This document shows positions 17,621 to 27,211 of a stretch of 46,301 nucleotides of DNA, piece by piece. The position numbers and the translations under genes are program-made. The DNA lies in sequence record SRR31156797_403. The stretch is one strand, 5' to 3'. Within the stretch, counting starts at the first letter, position 1. The number at the start of each line of letters is the position of its first letter. The notes beneath the pieces are model-generated. The model ran no database searches. It saw only the letters and a list, made by a program, of their open reading frames with translations, and was not told the DNA's origin.

Positions 17621-19927
17621 TTAATCAGTAATCTTTAGCCGGGCAAATTTTAGCAACAATTGTTTTTGACCTACAGCCGGGAAAAATACCGTGGCTTTGC
17701 GGCTTGCTCCGGCACCCTCTATATTTAACACCTTGCCCTTTCCGAAGCGCTGATGTTCTACCTGCATTCCCGACTGGATTTCATCAGATGGGGAAGGCGC
17801 AAATTTTTCGTTGTTGCCACCCTTGTTTTCCTGGTTTCGTGAATCGGCAATTTTTTTTAATCGTCCCTGGCTGAATGCAGGTGGCTTTTTGAGTTTGGTG
17901 GTAGAATCTTCCAACCTGAATCTGGTCTTGTCGCTGGGATGGTTGATCACTTTACGTGGAAACTCAATATATTCTTCGTCGATTTCTTCGATGAAACGGC
18001 TGGGCTCGCTTATGGTTAGATTTCCCCACCGGTACCGGTTTTCTGCGTATGATAGTGTTGCCTGTGTTTGCGCACGGGTGATGGCTACGTAAAACAGCCT
18101 GCGTTCCTCCTCAAGGTCTGATCTGGAATTGAGTGACATGATAGAGGGAAATAGGTTTTCTTCCAACCCAACCACAAAAACATAAGGAAACTCAAGGCCT
18201 TTTGCGGCGTGGATGGTCATTAGCGACACCTTGTTGGGGTCATCGTCTTTTTGATCGGCATCGGTGAGTAACGACACATTTTGAAGGTACTTGTCCAACG
18301 ACCGGATCGAACTGTCTTCTTCATCACCGGGTTCCGGTTCAGCTTCCGAAAATTCCTTAATACCATTGAGCAATTCCTCGATGTTTTCCACCCGGCTTAT
18401 GCCTTCAGGCGTTTTGTCGTCTTCCAGGTTTTTCAGGATGCCGCTGGCTCTGGCAATGTCTTTTGCGATTTCGAAGGCATTTCTTGTTTTGTGCTCAACC
18501 ATGAACCGCTTCATCAGGTTGATGAAGTTGAAGATTTTGGTTTGGATGCCCTGGTTGATGCGCAGATCATACTCACCGAGGGATTCCATCATCTCCCACA
18601 TCGACTTGCCCAGTTTATCGGCTGCAACGGTAATCCTGTCGATGGTGGTGGATCCGATGCCGCGTGAGGGATAGTTGATGATGCGTTTCAGGGCTTCTTC
18701 ATCAGCGGGATTTACCACCACCCTGAAATAAGCCAACAGGTCTCTAATCTCTTTCCGGTTGTAAAATGAAAGCCCTCCATAAATCCGGTAAGGAATGTTG
18801 AGCTTTCGGAGTGCTTCCTCCATGGACCGCGATTGGGCATTTGTGCGGTAAAGGATGGCGAAATCGCTGTTGGGCAACTGGTTATTCATTTTGGTTTCAA
18901 AGATGGCATTGGCCACCATATTGCCTTCCTCTGTATCTGTGCTGGCCCGGAAAAGCCTGAGCCGGTTACCCTCTACGTTGTCAGTCCATATTTTTTTAAA
19001 AATCTGCTCCTTGTTTTTAGCGATTACGCTGTTGGCAGCATTCACAATGTTTTGTGTTGAGCGGTAATTCTGCTCCAGTTTGTAAGTTTTAAAATCCGGG
19101 TAATCATTTTTAAAATTCAGGATGTTTTGGATGTTGGCGCCGCGAAAAGCGTAAATACTTTGAGCGTCATCACCCACAACGCAGATGTTTTCGTGACGGG
19201 CTGCCAGCTTTTTCACGATCAGGTACTGGGCATAATTGGTGTCCTGGTACTCATCCACCAGGATGTATTTGAATTTTTCCTGGTATTTCAGCAGCACATC
19301 AGGGTGGTCGCGCAGGAGAATATTCATGTTGAAAAGCAGATCGTCAAAGTCCATTGCGTTTGACTTTTTGCATCTGGCGGTATAAATGGAGTAAATATTC
19401 CCGATAAATGGTTTACCCGAATTTTTATCCTGGTTGGTCAGGTCAACGTTGGAATTATAGTCATGTGCTGAAATCAAATTGGTTTTGGCCGATGAAATGC
19501 GCCCTAAAACATGGCCGGGCTGATAGGCCTTGGTGTCCAGGGCCAGTTCCTTAACGATTGCGCGGATCAGGCTTTTGGAATCATCTGTATCGTAAATGGT
19601 GTAGTTGGAAGGATACCCCAGCAGGTGCCCGTCCACACGTAAAACTCTTGCAAACACGGAGTGAAAGGTGCCCATCCACACACTTTTGGCATCTGTATTT
19701 CCAACAATTTGCAGGATGCGGTCCTTCATTTCGCGGGCAGCTTTGTTTGTGAAGGTTAGTGCCAAAACATTAAAGGCGTCAATGCCTTGCTGAAGCATGT
19801 ATGCAACCCTGTAGGTCAGTACGCGGGTTTTCCCCGATCCCGCGCCGGCAATCACCATGGCCGGACCCTCAAAGTTCTTTACAGCCTGCTGTTGGGCATC
19901 ATTTAATTCTTCCAGAAAATTTCTCAC
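17621..19927 (-). CDS. pcrA: ATP-dependent DNA helicase UvrD/PcrA
   Basis: AGAGSGKT, TFTNKAA, VDEYQDTN, VGDDAQSIY, NYRST, TIHAAKGLEF, EERRLFYVAITRA and C-terminal Tudor-like HQRFGKG. GTG start. Confidence 0.95.
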   Translation of the reverse strand: MRNFLEELNDAQQQAVKNFEGPAMVIAGAGSGKTRVLTYRVAYMLQQGIDAFNVLALTFTNKAAREMKDRILQIVGNTDAKSVWMGTFHSVFARVLRVDGHLLGYPSNYTIYDTDDSKSLIRAIVKELALDTKAYQPGHVLGRISSAKTNLISAHDYNSNVDLTNQDKNSGKPFIGNIYSIYTARCKKSNAMDFDDLLFNMNILLRDHPDVLLKYQEKFKYILVDEYQDTNYAQYLIVKKLAARHENICVVGDDAQSIYAFRGANIQNILNFKNDYPDFKTYKLEQNYRSTQNIVNAANSVIAKNKEQIFKKIWTDNVEGNRLRLFRASTDTEEGNMVANAIFETKMNNQLPNSDFAILYRTNAQSRSMEEALRKLNIPYRIYGGLSFYNRKEIRDLLAYFRVVVNPADEEALKRIINYPSRGIGSTTIDRITVAADKLGKSMWEMMESLGEYDLRINQGIQTKIFNFINLMKRFMVEHKTRNAFEIAKDIARASGILKNLEDDKTPEGISRVENIEELLNGIKEFSEAEPEPGDEEDSSIRSLDKYLQNVSLLTDADQKDDDPNKVSLMTIHAAKGLEFPYVFVVGLEENLFPSIMSLNSRSDLEEERRLFYVAITRAQTQATLSYAENRYRWGNLTISEPSRFIEEIDEEYIEFPRKVINHPSDKTRFRLEDSTTKLKKPPAFSQGRLKKIADSRNQENKGGNNEKFAPSPSDEIQSGMQVEHQRFGKGKVLNIEGAGASRKATVFFPAVGQKQLLLKFARLKITD

Positions 19928-19949
19928 AGTCGTCCTTTTTTTAGGCCGT

Positions 19950-19957
19950 CAAAATTA
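19950..19957 (-). promoter_or_regulatory. Bacteroidota -7 promoter element of pcrA
   Basis: TAATTTTG on the minus strand, about 22 nt upstream of the GTG. Confidence 0.6.
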
Positions 19958-20027
19958 GTGTTTTTGAGGCAACAAGCGGGCGATGTTGAAAAGTTCGGCA
20001 GGCCATATTTGCCCAACCTCAAACTGT

Positions 20028-20234
20028 CTAAAAATCATAAAACCAGTAAATGTAGCCACAGCTTTCACAGATGTAGTTGGTGGCGCTTTTGTTGGCCCAG
20101 TCGAGGTTGAAAAATGTTAAGCCACGTGTGTTGAGTAAGCTGGTTCTTGTGAAGAATCGTTTATGTCCGCAAACCGGGCATTCCAGCCTTTTACCTTTAA
20201 TGGTGATTGGTGATGATTCTTTTAGTTTTTGCAT
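20028..20234 (-). CDS. Small zinc-ribbon protein
   Basis: CPVC...CESCGY in 68 aa, directly downstream of the XRE gene. Confidence 0.8.
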   Translation of the reverse strand: MQKLKESSPITIKGKRLECPVCGHKRFFTRTSLLNTRGLTFFNLDWANKSATNYICESCGYIYWFYDF

Positions 20235-20264
20235 TTTGAAATGTTTTTATTGGTTAATGTCGTC

Positions 20265-20492
20265 TTAAATCAGTTTTTTTTCTTTCGTGTCCGAACGATA
20301 TTCGAGTATCTCTCCCGGCTGGCAGTCGAGGGTTTCGCAGATGCTTTCGAGCGTTGAAAACCGGATGGCTTTGGCTTTGCCCTTTTTCAGGATCGAAAGG
20401 TTGGCCATGGTTATTCCTACTTTGTTTGATAATTCGGTGAGGCTCACTTTGCGTTGGGCCAGCACCACATCCAGATTTACAATTATTGCCAT
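20265..20492 (-). CDS. XRE/Cro family HTH regulator (YozG-like)
   Basis: MAIIVNLDVVLA...VGITMANLSILKKGKAKAIRFSTL...CQPGEILEY. Confidence 0.92.
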   Translation of the reverse strand: MAIIVNLDVVLAQRKVSLTELSNKVGITMANLSILKKGKAKAIRFSTLESICETLDCQPGEILEYRSDTKEKKLI

Positions 20493-20496
20493 GACT

Positions 20497-21126
20497 CTAA
20501 ATTGTTAGTTCGTTGTCTTCCCTGAGTTTAGCACCATACTTAAAAATGTGTGAAAGCATAATTAGCAGCAGGCTTACAAAAACCACCTCCATATGAAATT
20601 CCATGTCACCGGAGTACCTGAGGGTTTCAAATTTGAGGTGTTGTGCAATCAGAAAATTTTGGGAAATTGAATATACAATGATGATTCCCCAGAAAATCAA
20701 GAGCCCATAACCCATCAGATTGAGCAGTTTAAAGTTTTGTTGTTCAAAGACTTTACCTTCATAAACGTTGGTGATGAATTTTCTGAACATTTTAAAAATG
20801 TAAAAGAAAATGCCGATGACTAGCAAAATAAAAAAACCATAAATCCTCCCGATGAACGCCGGAAGTTCAGCAAAGGCAACTTTGCCATAGGCTTCCTTGA
20901 ATTCAACCGGAATCCTTTTTGATAAAAGCTGTAGATTTCCCTGCTCAACGGCGTCGAAGGCAACCGGTAACCCAACATGCAGGTTCAAGCCGTTGTTAAA
21001 CAAATTGAAGATCAGGCCAAAGGCAATTCCGATCATCAAAATTCCAGCAAATACAAAAAGCCAGAATGCTACCTGGGTTACCCAGTAAATAATTTTAATG
21101 CTTAGATGTTTTTGTTGTGTTTCCAT
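20497..21126 (-). CDS. DUF2975 family membrane protein
   Basis: Four TM segments and C-terminal IFKYGAKLREDNELTI, coupled to the XRE gene. The start METQQK (21126) lies downstream of a TATCTTTG promoter. Confidence 0.85.
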   Translation of the reverse strand: METQQKHLSIKIIYWVTQVAFWLFVFAGILMIGIAFGLIFNLFNNGLNLHVGLPVAFDAVEQGNLQLLSKRIPVEFKEAYGKVAFAELPAFIGRIYGFFILLVIGIFFYIFKMFRKFITNVYEGKVFEQQNFKLLNLMGYGLLIFWGIIIVYSISQNFLIAQHLKFETLRYSGDMEFHMEVVFVSLLLIMLSHIFKYGAKLREDNELTI

Positions 21127-21149
21127 AGATTTAATGTTTAATGACCCGG

Positions 21150-21235
21150 CAAAGATAATGCGCCATTTATCAAAAAGCAAGAAAAAATTATTGATAAACA
21201 ATAAATAATAATTGAAATAAAATAATTAATTATTG
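21150..21235 (-). promoter_or_regulatory. Promoter (TATCTTTG, 21157-21150) with an array of putative XRE operators
   Basis: Perfect TTATTG-N5-CAATAA at 21188-21204, with degenerate copies starting at 21167, 21209 and 21230. Confidence 0.65.
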
Positions 21236-21456
21236 TTTTATGGGTAGAAATTGGTTGATTGATCGATGGTTATGGATAATCCGCTAAATCCATTTTAACT
21301 GAGAAGTCTGGAGTTTGTTATAAAAAGTTAGACGGTTGTGCCGGTGTCACGAACTGCAGGGATAAAAAAAATTAGGATCACACAATGATGATTTGTTTGT
21401 TACCAGGTGAAGCAAATAAACCATAGCTTTAAGAGTCATTCTACACCTTGTGGATG

Positions 21457-22947
21457 TTATTCAGGGATCAGGTTGCTGTAAATTTCATACGTTTCAAAAA
21501 TATCTCTCACATATTCATAAGGTTCCGAACCCCGTGCATAACCATATTCAACAACTGGATGGTTATAAAATTTCGGATTCGATTTTTTAAGGATAAACTC
21601 CTCTACATTTCCGGTCCAGATATTCGGATCGGCATCAAATTTTTCGGCAAGCTTACGTGCATCGTTGATGTGATTTTTCCCCACGTTGTACGACGCCAGG
21701 ATAAATTTTATCCGCTCCATGGAATCAGGGATATGACTCCAATAGGATTGCAGGTAGGCCAGGTAATCGGTTCCTGCACTGAGGCTTGTTTGTGCTTTTT
21801 TCAGGTTTTTCGGTTTATATCCCAGTTCTTTTGCAGTGGCTGGCATCAATTGCATAAGTCCGCGCGCCCCTGCCCATGAACTGGCAGTTGGATCAAACGC
21901 TGATTCTTTGTAGACCTGTGCAGCGAGCAACCGCCAATCCCAACCCAGGGTATCGGCGTATTCTTTAATAAGGTTATCGTACTTTGATATCCGGCCGCTT
22001 TTTGTGGAAAGTAAATCACTATTGGCTCTGCTCCGATAAGCTCGTCGGTTCTTAAAATATTTATTGTAAATCACATAATAGTCGCTGCTCTTTTTCATTG
22101 TCGAAATCCAATTATTTACAGCCTTGAGCAGGTTTGGAGAATTCGGTCGGACAGCCCAGGCAATCCGTTGGTTAAAACTTACAGCGGTTTCCACATCCAG
22201 GATAGGGTAGTAAGCCGCATTTATGTATGCTATGTTTTGGTCGGCCACTGTAAAATTAATTTCACCCTCCGCTACCATGCGAATAATCTCCTCTGTTTCC
22301 AGGTTCCCGGATACCGGAACAATTTCTATTTCACCACCAATTTCTTCTGAGAGGTTTAGCAACCTGTTGTAATATGATGAGTTTTTACGTACATGAACTT
22401 CCTTACCGATCAATTCGAGCGGATCTTTGATCAGGGCTTCATCAATTTCGTGGAGCTTCATCTTCCGCCAGTTTTTTGGCTTTCGCTGTACCAGCACCTG
22501 ATGAGTGGTGGAGTGATGCTCGGTAAACTGAACCCTCTCCCGGCGTTCTTTCGTAACTGTGAGCCCATGTGATATGATGTCGCCCTCACCACGCAGCAAC
22601 ATATTAATGATTTGGTCCATATCATCAACTACTTTAATCTCTAACTCAAGTTCAAGGTGGTTTGCCAGACGCTTTAAAAGTTCATATTCGTAGCCCATCA
22701 CCTGCCCACGATAAATAAAATAACTTGTGGAACTGTAAGAAGTTAATGCAGTGAGTTTTCCATCCTGTTTGATTTTTTTGAGGTCTTTATTTACAGGATT
22801 TATCAAAGTCTGCGGCATGTCCCGGGTTTTGTCCTGCCTATTTTGTTGCGTACTCTTATCTCCGTTACAGGATGCGGCAGAAAGCAACACTGCCATCATA
22901 ATAACACTAAAAATGTGTAAAAAATTTATGTTTAAATTTTGCATCAT
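21457..22947 (-). CDS. mltF: Membrane-bound lytic murein transglycosylase F-like (substrate-binding + SLT domain) lipoprotein
   Basis: GYEYEL, TVTKER, DWRLLAAQVYKES (catalytic Glu), GARGLMQLMP, ASYNVG. Lipobox-like AASC. Confidence 0.85.
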   Translation of the reverse strand: MMQNLNINFLHIFSVIMMAVLLSAASCNGDKSTQQNRQDKTRDMPQTLINPVNKDLKKIKQDGKLTALTSYSSTSYFIYRGQVMGYEYELLKRLANHLELELEIKVVDDMDQIINMLLRGEGDIISHGLTVTKERRERVQFTEHHSTTHQVLVQRKPKNWRKMKLHEIDEALIKDPLELIGKEVHVRKNSSYYNRLLNLSEEIGGEIEIVPVSGNLETEEIIRMVAEGEINFTVADQNIAYINAAYYPILDVETAVSFNQRIAWAVRPNSPNLLKAVNNWISTMKKSSDYYVIYNKYFKNRRAYRSRANSDLLSTKSGRISKYDNLIKEYADTLGWDWRLLAAQVYKESAFDPTASSWAGARGLMQLMPATAKELGYKPKNLKKAQTSLSAGTDYLAYLQSYWSHIPDSMERIKFILASYNVGKNHINDARKLAEKFDADPNIWTGNVEEFILKKSNPKFYNHPVVEYGYARGSEPYEYVRDIFETYEIYSNLIPE

Positions 22948-23091
22948 AATCGCTGTTCCAAACTTGCAAGATATAATTTTTCATGAACTAGCTGTTTTTA
23001 CTAAAAACAAGAAAATCAGAAAAATCCTGATCAAAACCTGAATTTCCCAAAACAAATTCCGAATTTTGCCGATCTGATAAACAGGAAAAAC

Positions 23092-23772
23092 ATGAAATAC
23101 ATTTTACAATTGTTAATGGTTCTTTTTATAACCATGGGCGGGTATGCACAAAGCGGATCTGGAAAATTCTTTGTGTTTTTGAATACAAATCCTAACCGTA
23201 CTGCTTTACCTGAAGCCGAAGTCAACGAGATTCAACGTCAGCACATGGCCAACATGGATAGCCTGGCAAATGAAAAATTGCTGCTTGCTGCAGGTCCGTT
23301 CCATGGGGGTGGTGGTTTACAGGTCATTTCTGCATCAAAACCTGAAGACGCAGAAACGCTTGTAAATTCCGATCCTGCCGTTCAGGCCGGAAGGTTCAAT
23401 ACCGAAATATTACCGCTAAAGATGGGTGTTGGAGGGGTTTGTCCGGTTCAGGAACCTTATGAAATGGTTGAGTACCAGTTTATCAGATATATTCCCGTAA
23501 AAGATGCCATCGCAGCGGAATCCGCTAAGAAACTGGAAAAATATATCAAGCGTCATTTAAATTATGTGAAGGCAAACTACTTTAAAAACAAATTGATTGC
23601 CAATGGCGACTTTGGGCCCGGGCTGGGCGGTTTCCTGCTCGCATATAAAAATGATAATGAAGATTTTGAAAATTTCCTGAAATATGACCCCTATGTTAAG
23701 TCGGGGTTATACACCCTGGATATCCGCATTCTTTGGATTGCACAGGGTACATTTTGTGAAAGGCCGCAATAA
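23092..23772 (+). CDS. Secreted tandem YciI/YCII-domain protein
   Basis: Signal peptide. Two repeats, HMAN...AGPF...DPAVQAG and HLNY...NGDF...DPYVKSG. Confidence 0.75.
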   Translation: MKYILQLLMVLFITMGGYAQSGSGKFFVFLNTNPNRTALPEAEVNEIQRQHMANMDSLANEKLLLAAGPFHGGGGLQVISASKPEDAETLVNSDPAVQAGRFNTEILPLKMGVGGVCPVQEPYEMVEYQFIRYIPVKDAIAAESAKKLEKYIKRHLNYVKANYFKNKLIANGDFGPGLGGFLLAYKNDNEDFENFLKYDPYVKSGLYTLDIRILWIAQGTFCERPQ

Positions 23773-23811
23773 TAAATATCAATAATCTAAAAGGCGTTTA
23801 TCACCTCAAAT

Positions 23812-24900
23812 ATGCTGAAAAATATGAAAACAAGTGTTTTAGTTCATTTTCTTTTGGTCCTTATTCTTGCAATTCCATCCATCACCTATGGTCAACCCGA
23901 CAATGGAAAACTGAAGGTGGCACTTCGTTCATCACCACCCTTTATTATGAAATCTGATGCCGGTTATTCCGGGGTAAGCGTTGACTTGTGGGAGGAGATA
24001 GCGCCGTTAATTGGCAGGGAATTCGAATACCGTGAATATGATGATCTGGGCAGAATGCTGCGTGATATTGAAAATGAAGAAGTTGACCTGTGCATCAACC
24101 CACTTACCGTAACTTCAGAACGACTAACCCGATTTAGTTTCACCCAACCCTATTTCATTTCGGGGGTTGCTATTGCTGTAAAGGCAGAACAGTCAAGCGG
24201 CATTATTACCTTCATCAAAAGCCTGTTTTCAATGCGGTTTCTGGAGGTTGTTTTATTACTTGTTTTTGTAATTTTCATTTTCGGGTTTCTGATCTGGATT
24301 GTCGAGCGCAGGAGGAACCCTGATCAATTTGAGAAAGGTTTCAAAGGCATTGGGCAGGGCTTCTGGTGGTCGGCTGTAACCATGACTACTGTTGGGTATG
24401 GAGATAAGGCGCCGGTTTCAGGCATAGGACGATTTATTTCAATCATCTGGATGTTTACAGCCGTGATAATAATCTCAAGTTTTACAGCGAGTATTTCAGC
24501 AGCACTTACTTACGATAAATTCAAAACCAATATCAGGGGTATTGAAGATCTGCGAAATGTAAATGTGGGAACGGTGAGCAATTCAAGTACTGCAGGTTTT
24601 CTCTTTGAATCCAGGATTAAGTTTAAAAGTTTTGAAAAACTGACAGAAGCCATTGATGCCCTGGAAGCAAATAAACTTGATGCAGTCGTTTACGATGAGC
24701 CCATATTGCGTTACCAGATATTTTCGAAAGGTTTGGACAGCCAGGTGGAATTGATCCCAAGCGGGGCAAATTCAGTTTATTTTGGCTATGCCTCAAAAGA
24801 CCTGCAGTTTCTCCAGGAAATCAACCCTCATCTCATCGAAACCATCGAAGGCCGGGCCTGGCGGAGGCTGCTTGAGTCGTACAACCTGCGACTGGAATAG
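23812..24900 (+). CDS. GluR0-like ligand-gated K+ channel (amino-acid binding domain split by a K+ channel pore)
   Basis: SPPF...GVSVDLW...TVTSER...FTQPY (S1), TM1, FWWSAVTMTTVGYGDK (selectivity filter), TM2, S2 with SST and YDEPIL. Confidence 0.85.
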   Translation: MLKNMKTSVLVHFLLVLILAIPSITYGQPDNGKLKVALRSSPPFIMKSDAGYSGVSVDLWEEIAPLIGREFEYREYDDLGRMLRDIENEEVDLCINPLTVTSERLTRFSFTQPYFISGVAIAVKAEQSSGIITFIKSLFSMRFLEVVLLLVFVIFIFGFLIWIVERRRNPDQFEKGFKGIGQGFWWSAVTMTTVGYGDKAPVSGIGRFISIIWMFTAVIIISSFTASISAALTYDKFKTNIRGIEDLRNVNVGTVSNSSTAGFLFESRIKFKSFEKLTEAIDALEANKLDAVVYDEPILRYQIFSKGLDSQVELIPSGANSVYFGYASKDLQFLQEINPHLIETIEGRAWRRLLESYNLRLE

Positions 24901-24946
24901 TTAGAGCAAACCACCAAATAATCCATCTGTTTAAACATATTTATCA

Positions 24947-25885
24947 TTGAAACTTAAACCCGTTTATACCTACATCCTGGTAACCCTTTCGATGTTGTTT
25001 TGGGGGATGAGTTTCGTGTGGTCCAAAATTGCCCTGGACTATTACGATCCCGTAACAATCCTGGTTTTGCGCTTAATTCTGTCATCCGGATTGCTGTTTT
25101 CCGGGCTTGCTATTTTCGGGCGGTTGAAAAAGTTAAATCCCAAAGACTGGAAATTGTTTTTACTTTCTGCGCTTTTTAACCCATTTCTATATTTCCTTGG
25201 CGAAAATTATGGCCTTAAATTTTCTACGCCTACAATTACAGCGGTAATCATAGCAACAATTCCTGTGTTTACGCCTGTTTTTGCCTGGATTTATTTCAGA
25301 GAGAAATTGTCGGTTTTGAATATTTTTGGACTGACCATTTCATTCCTGGGTGTATTGGTCATGCTTCTTGATAACAACTTTAACCTGAATGTTTCTGGAG
25401 TCGGAGTTGCGTGGCTCTCCCTTGCGGTAATCACTGCTATGTTTTATTCCGTGCTTTTAAAAAAGCTGGCCGTAAAATATGATCCATTTCTCATCATCGC
25501 ATGGCAAAACCTTATTGGTGCGTTATATTTCCTGCCCTTGTTCTTTATTTTAGATTTCCAGCATTTTATCAGCGTAAAACCAACAACTGAACTGGTTACA
25601 TCCCTGCTTTTGCTTGCATTTTTTGCTTCTTCTCTTGCATTTGTGTTTTTTACTATTTCTTCCCGTGAAATCGGCATCAGTAAAACAAACCTCTTTGCAA
25701 ACCTGATCCCTGTTTTTACAGCCGCATTTTCATTTGTTATCCTGGGCGAGTTGCTCGAAATGCAAAAGGTATTGGGCATGTTTGTGGTTATTGCCGGTGT
25801 TTTAATGTCGCAAATGACCCGCGATAACCGGATTGTAAATATCTATCGCTACATGTTCGTAAGAAGAAAAGGCAAACACGAGTAG
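24947..25885 (+). CDS. DMT/EamA family transporter
   Basis: About 10 TM segments. FWGMSF, ATIPVFT...REKL, NLIPVF...LGE. TTG start. Confidence 0.9.
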   Translation: MKLKPVYTYILVTLSMLFWGMSFVWSKIALDYYDPVTILVLRLILSSGLLFSGLAIFGRLKKLNPKDWKLFLLSALFNPFLYFLGENYGLKFSTPTITAVIIATIPVFTPVFAWIYFREKLSVLNIFGLTISFLGVLVMLLDNNFNLNVSGVGVAWLSLAVITAMFYSVLLKKLAVKYDPFLIIAWQNLIGALYFLPLFFILDFQHFISVKPTTELVTSLLLLAFFASSLAFVFFTISSREIGISKTNLFANLIPVFTAAFSFVILGELLEMQKVLGMFVVIAGVLMSQMTRDNRIVNIYRYMFVRRKGKHE

Positions 25886-26000
25886 CCCAAAATTCCAGGC
25901 CTGCAAATATTCCATCAATTTATCCGATAACTCCATTTTAACATTCATAAGTTAAATCGTTGCAAATCAGTCTGAAACCAAATCTTGTTGGCTGGTTTGG

Positions 26001-26066
26001 AATTCAGCCAAATTTTTTGTTCATGGATTTCAGCTATGTCTTCAGGCGGTCGGGGATTTACTTTTG
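26001..26066 (+). promoter_or_regulatory. Conserved upstream box and TACTTTTG promoter, copy 1
   Basis: 30/38 identical to 26692-26729, at the same distance from TACTTTTG (26059-26066). Confidence 0.65.
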
Positions 26067-26113
26067 TGCAATTAAGTTCTTGAAAGACAAACATTAAAAA
26101 AATGGAGGTTTTT

Positions 26114-26452
26114 ATGAAAACATTAAAATTTGGTTTAGTAGCAATTCTTCTTACCGTGTTTGCTGTTGGTTTTGCCGACAATGAGCCTGAATTGAAATTT
26201 GGAAAATCATGCTGCATCAAGATTTCGCTTGAAGATGCATGTGCAAGCCGCAGTTTTGTAAGGGATATTTACCACCAGGTTGATCATTCCATTCTGCGGG
26301 GTGGAGACCAACACAGGCTGATTTATGCGAAAGTACGGCATGGCCGTGGCATATACCTGGTGTTTGGAAAATACCGGGAATGGGAAGATTTTTTCCTGCG
26401 TGAAAGAGGAATACTTGGCCCGCCCAACTGGAATGCCGGAGATCAGAAGTAA
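26114..26452 (+). CDS. Small secreted hypothetical protein (tandem paralog 1)
   Basis: Signal peptide MKTLKFGLVAILL, GGAGG 5 nt before the ATG, clear homology to 26802-27155. Confidence 0.8.
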   Translation: MKTLKFGLVAILLTVFAVGFADNEPELKFGKSCCIKISLEDACASRSFVRDIYHQVDHSILRGGDQHRLIYAKVRHGRGIYLVFGKYREWEDFFLRERGILGPPNWNAGDQK

Positions 26453-26478
26453 TTTATGAGGTTAGATTTGCAAACCTG

Positions 26479-26511
26479 AAATCCTGCGCTGAACAGTGGC
26501 GGGATTTTTTT
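26479..26511 (+). terminator. Intrinsic terminator
   Basis: AAATCCTGC...GCGGGATTT plus T-run, homologous to the terminator at 27180. Confidence 0.8.
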
Positions 26512-26691
26512 ATGATTGGATCTCTGATTGAAGTTGTCAAAAAGGAATTGGAAAATATGTCGCTGATTTAAATCCGCCATTGACACTTACCATGTTTTTA
26601 ATGCTTGCCCGGTTGGCAGTAACAAATGCTACGCCGATTCCAAAACCCACACACCCTTATTCTCCGGTCCACTTTTGCTTATTTCATTTGT

Positions 26692-26757
26692 GATTCTGCT
26701 AAAATTTTTTCTCATGGAATTCTGCTATGCCCGTGGGTGATTACGACCCTACTTTTG
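26692..26757 (+). promoter_or_regulatory. Conserved upstream box and TACTTTTG promoter, copy 2
   Basis: See copy 1. TACTTTTG at 26750-26757. Confidence 0.65.
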
Positions 26758-26801
26758 TATCATTAAGTTCTTTAAATCATTTATCAAAAACGGAGGATAT
26801 C

Positions 26802-27155
26802 ATGAAAGCATTAAAATTAGGATTAACCGCAGTTTTGCTCACATTGATGGCATTTAGTTACGCCGCCAATGATCCACAGTCCAAATTCGAAAAGTCAGGG
26901 TACATAATGATATCCCTCGACGATGCGAAAGCCAGCCGCAGTTTTGCGCTTGACATCTACAATCAGGTTGAAATGTCATTCCTTTTGACTGGCGGTAACC
27001 AAAATAAGCTTATCTACGCCAAGGTTACGCATGGCAATGGAGTGTACCTGGTTTTTGGTAAATATCGTGAATGGAAAGCATTTTTTTACTTATCCGGAGG
27101 TGGCAAGCTGGGCCCTCCTACCAAAAGATCAGAGCTAATAAGACGTACAGAGTAG
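26802..27155 (+). CDS. Small secreted hypothetical protein (tandem paralog 2)
   Basis: MKALKLGLTAVLL. Shares ISL.DA.ASRSF..DIY.QV and LIYAKV.HG.G.YLVFGKYREW..FF...G.LGPP with paralog 1. Confidence 0.8.
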   Translation: MKALKLGLTAVLLTLMAFSYAANDPQSKFEKSGYIMISLDDAKASRSFALDIYNQVEMSFLLTGGNQNKLIYAKVTHGNGVYLVFGKYREWKAFFYLSGGGKLGPPTKRSELIRRTE

Positions 27156-27179
27156 TAAAGTAGAAGCAGAATAGTTTGG

Positions 27180-27211
27180 AAATCCCGCCTTGAACAAAGG
27201 CGGGATTTTTT
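27180..27211. terminator. Intrinsic terminator, probably bidirectional (also serving dcp)
   Basis: AAATCCCGCCTT-gaaca-AAGGCGGGATTT plus T-run. Confidence 0.88.

Noticed and set aside
14963-19927. UvrD plus SNF2 as an anti-phage defence island
   Set aside because: The helicase is a canonical housekeeping PcrA with a Tudor-like tail, and no nuclease, methylase or mobility genes are adjacent
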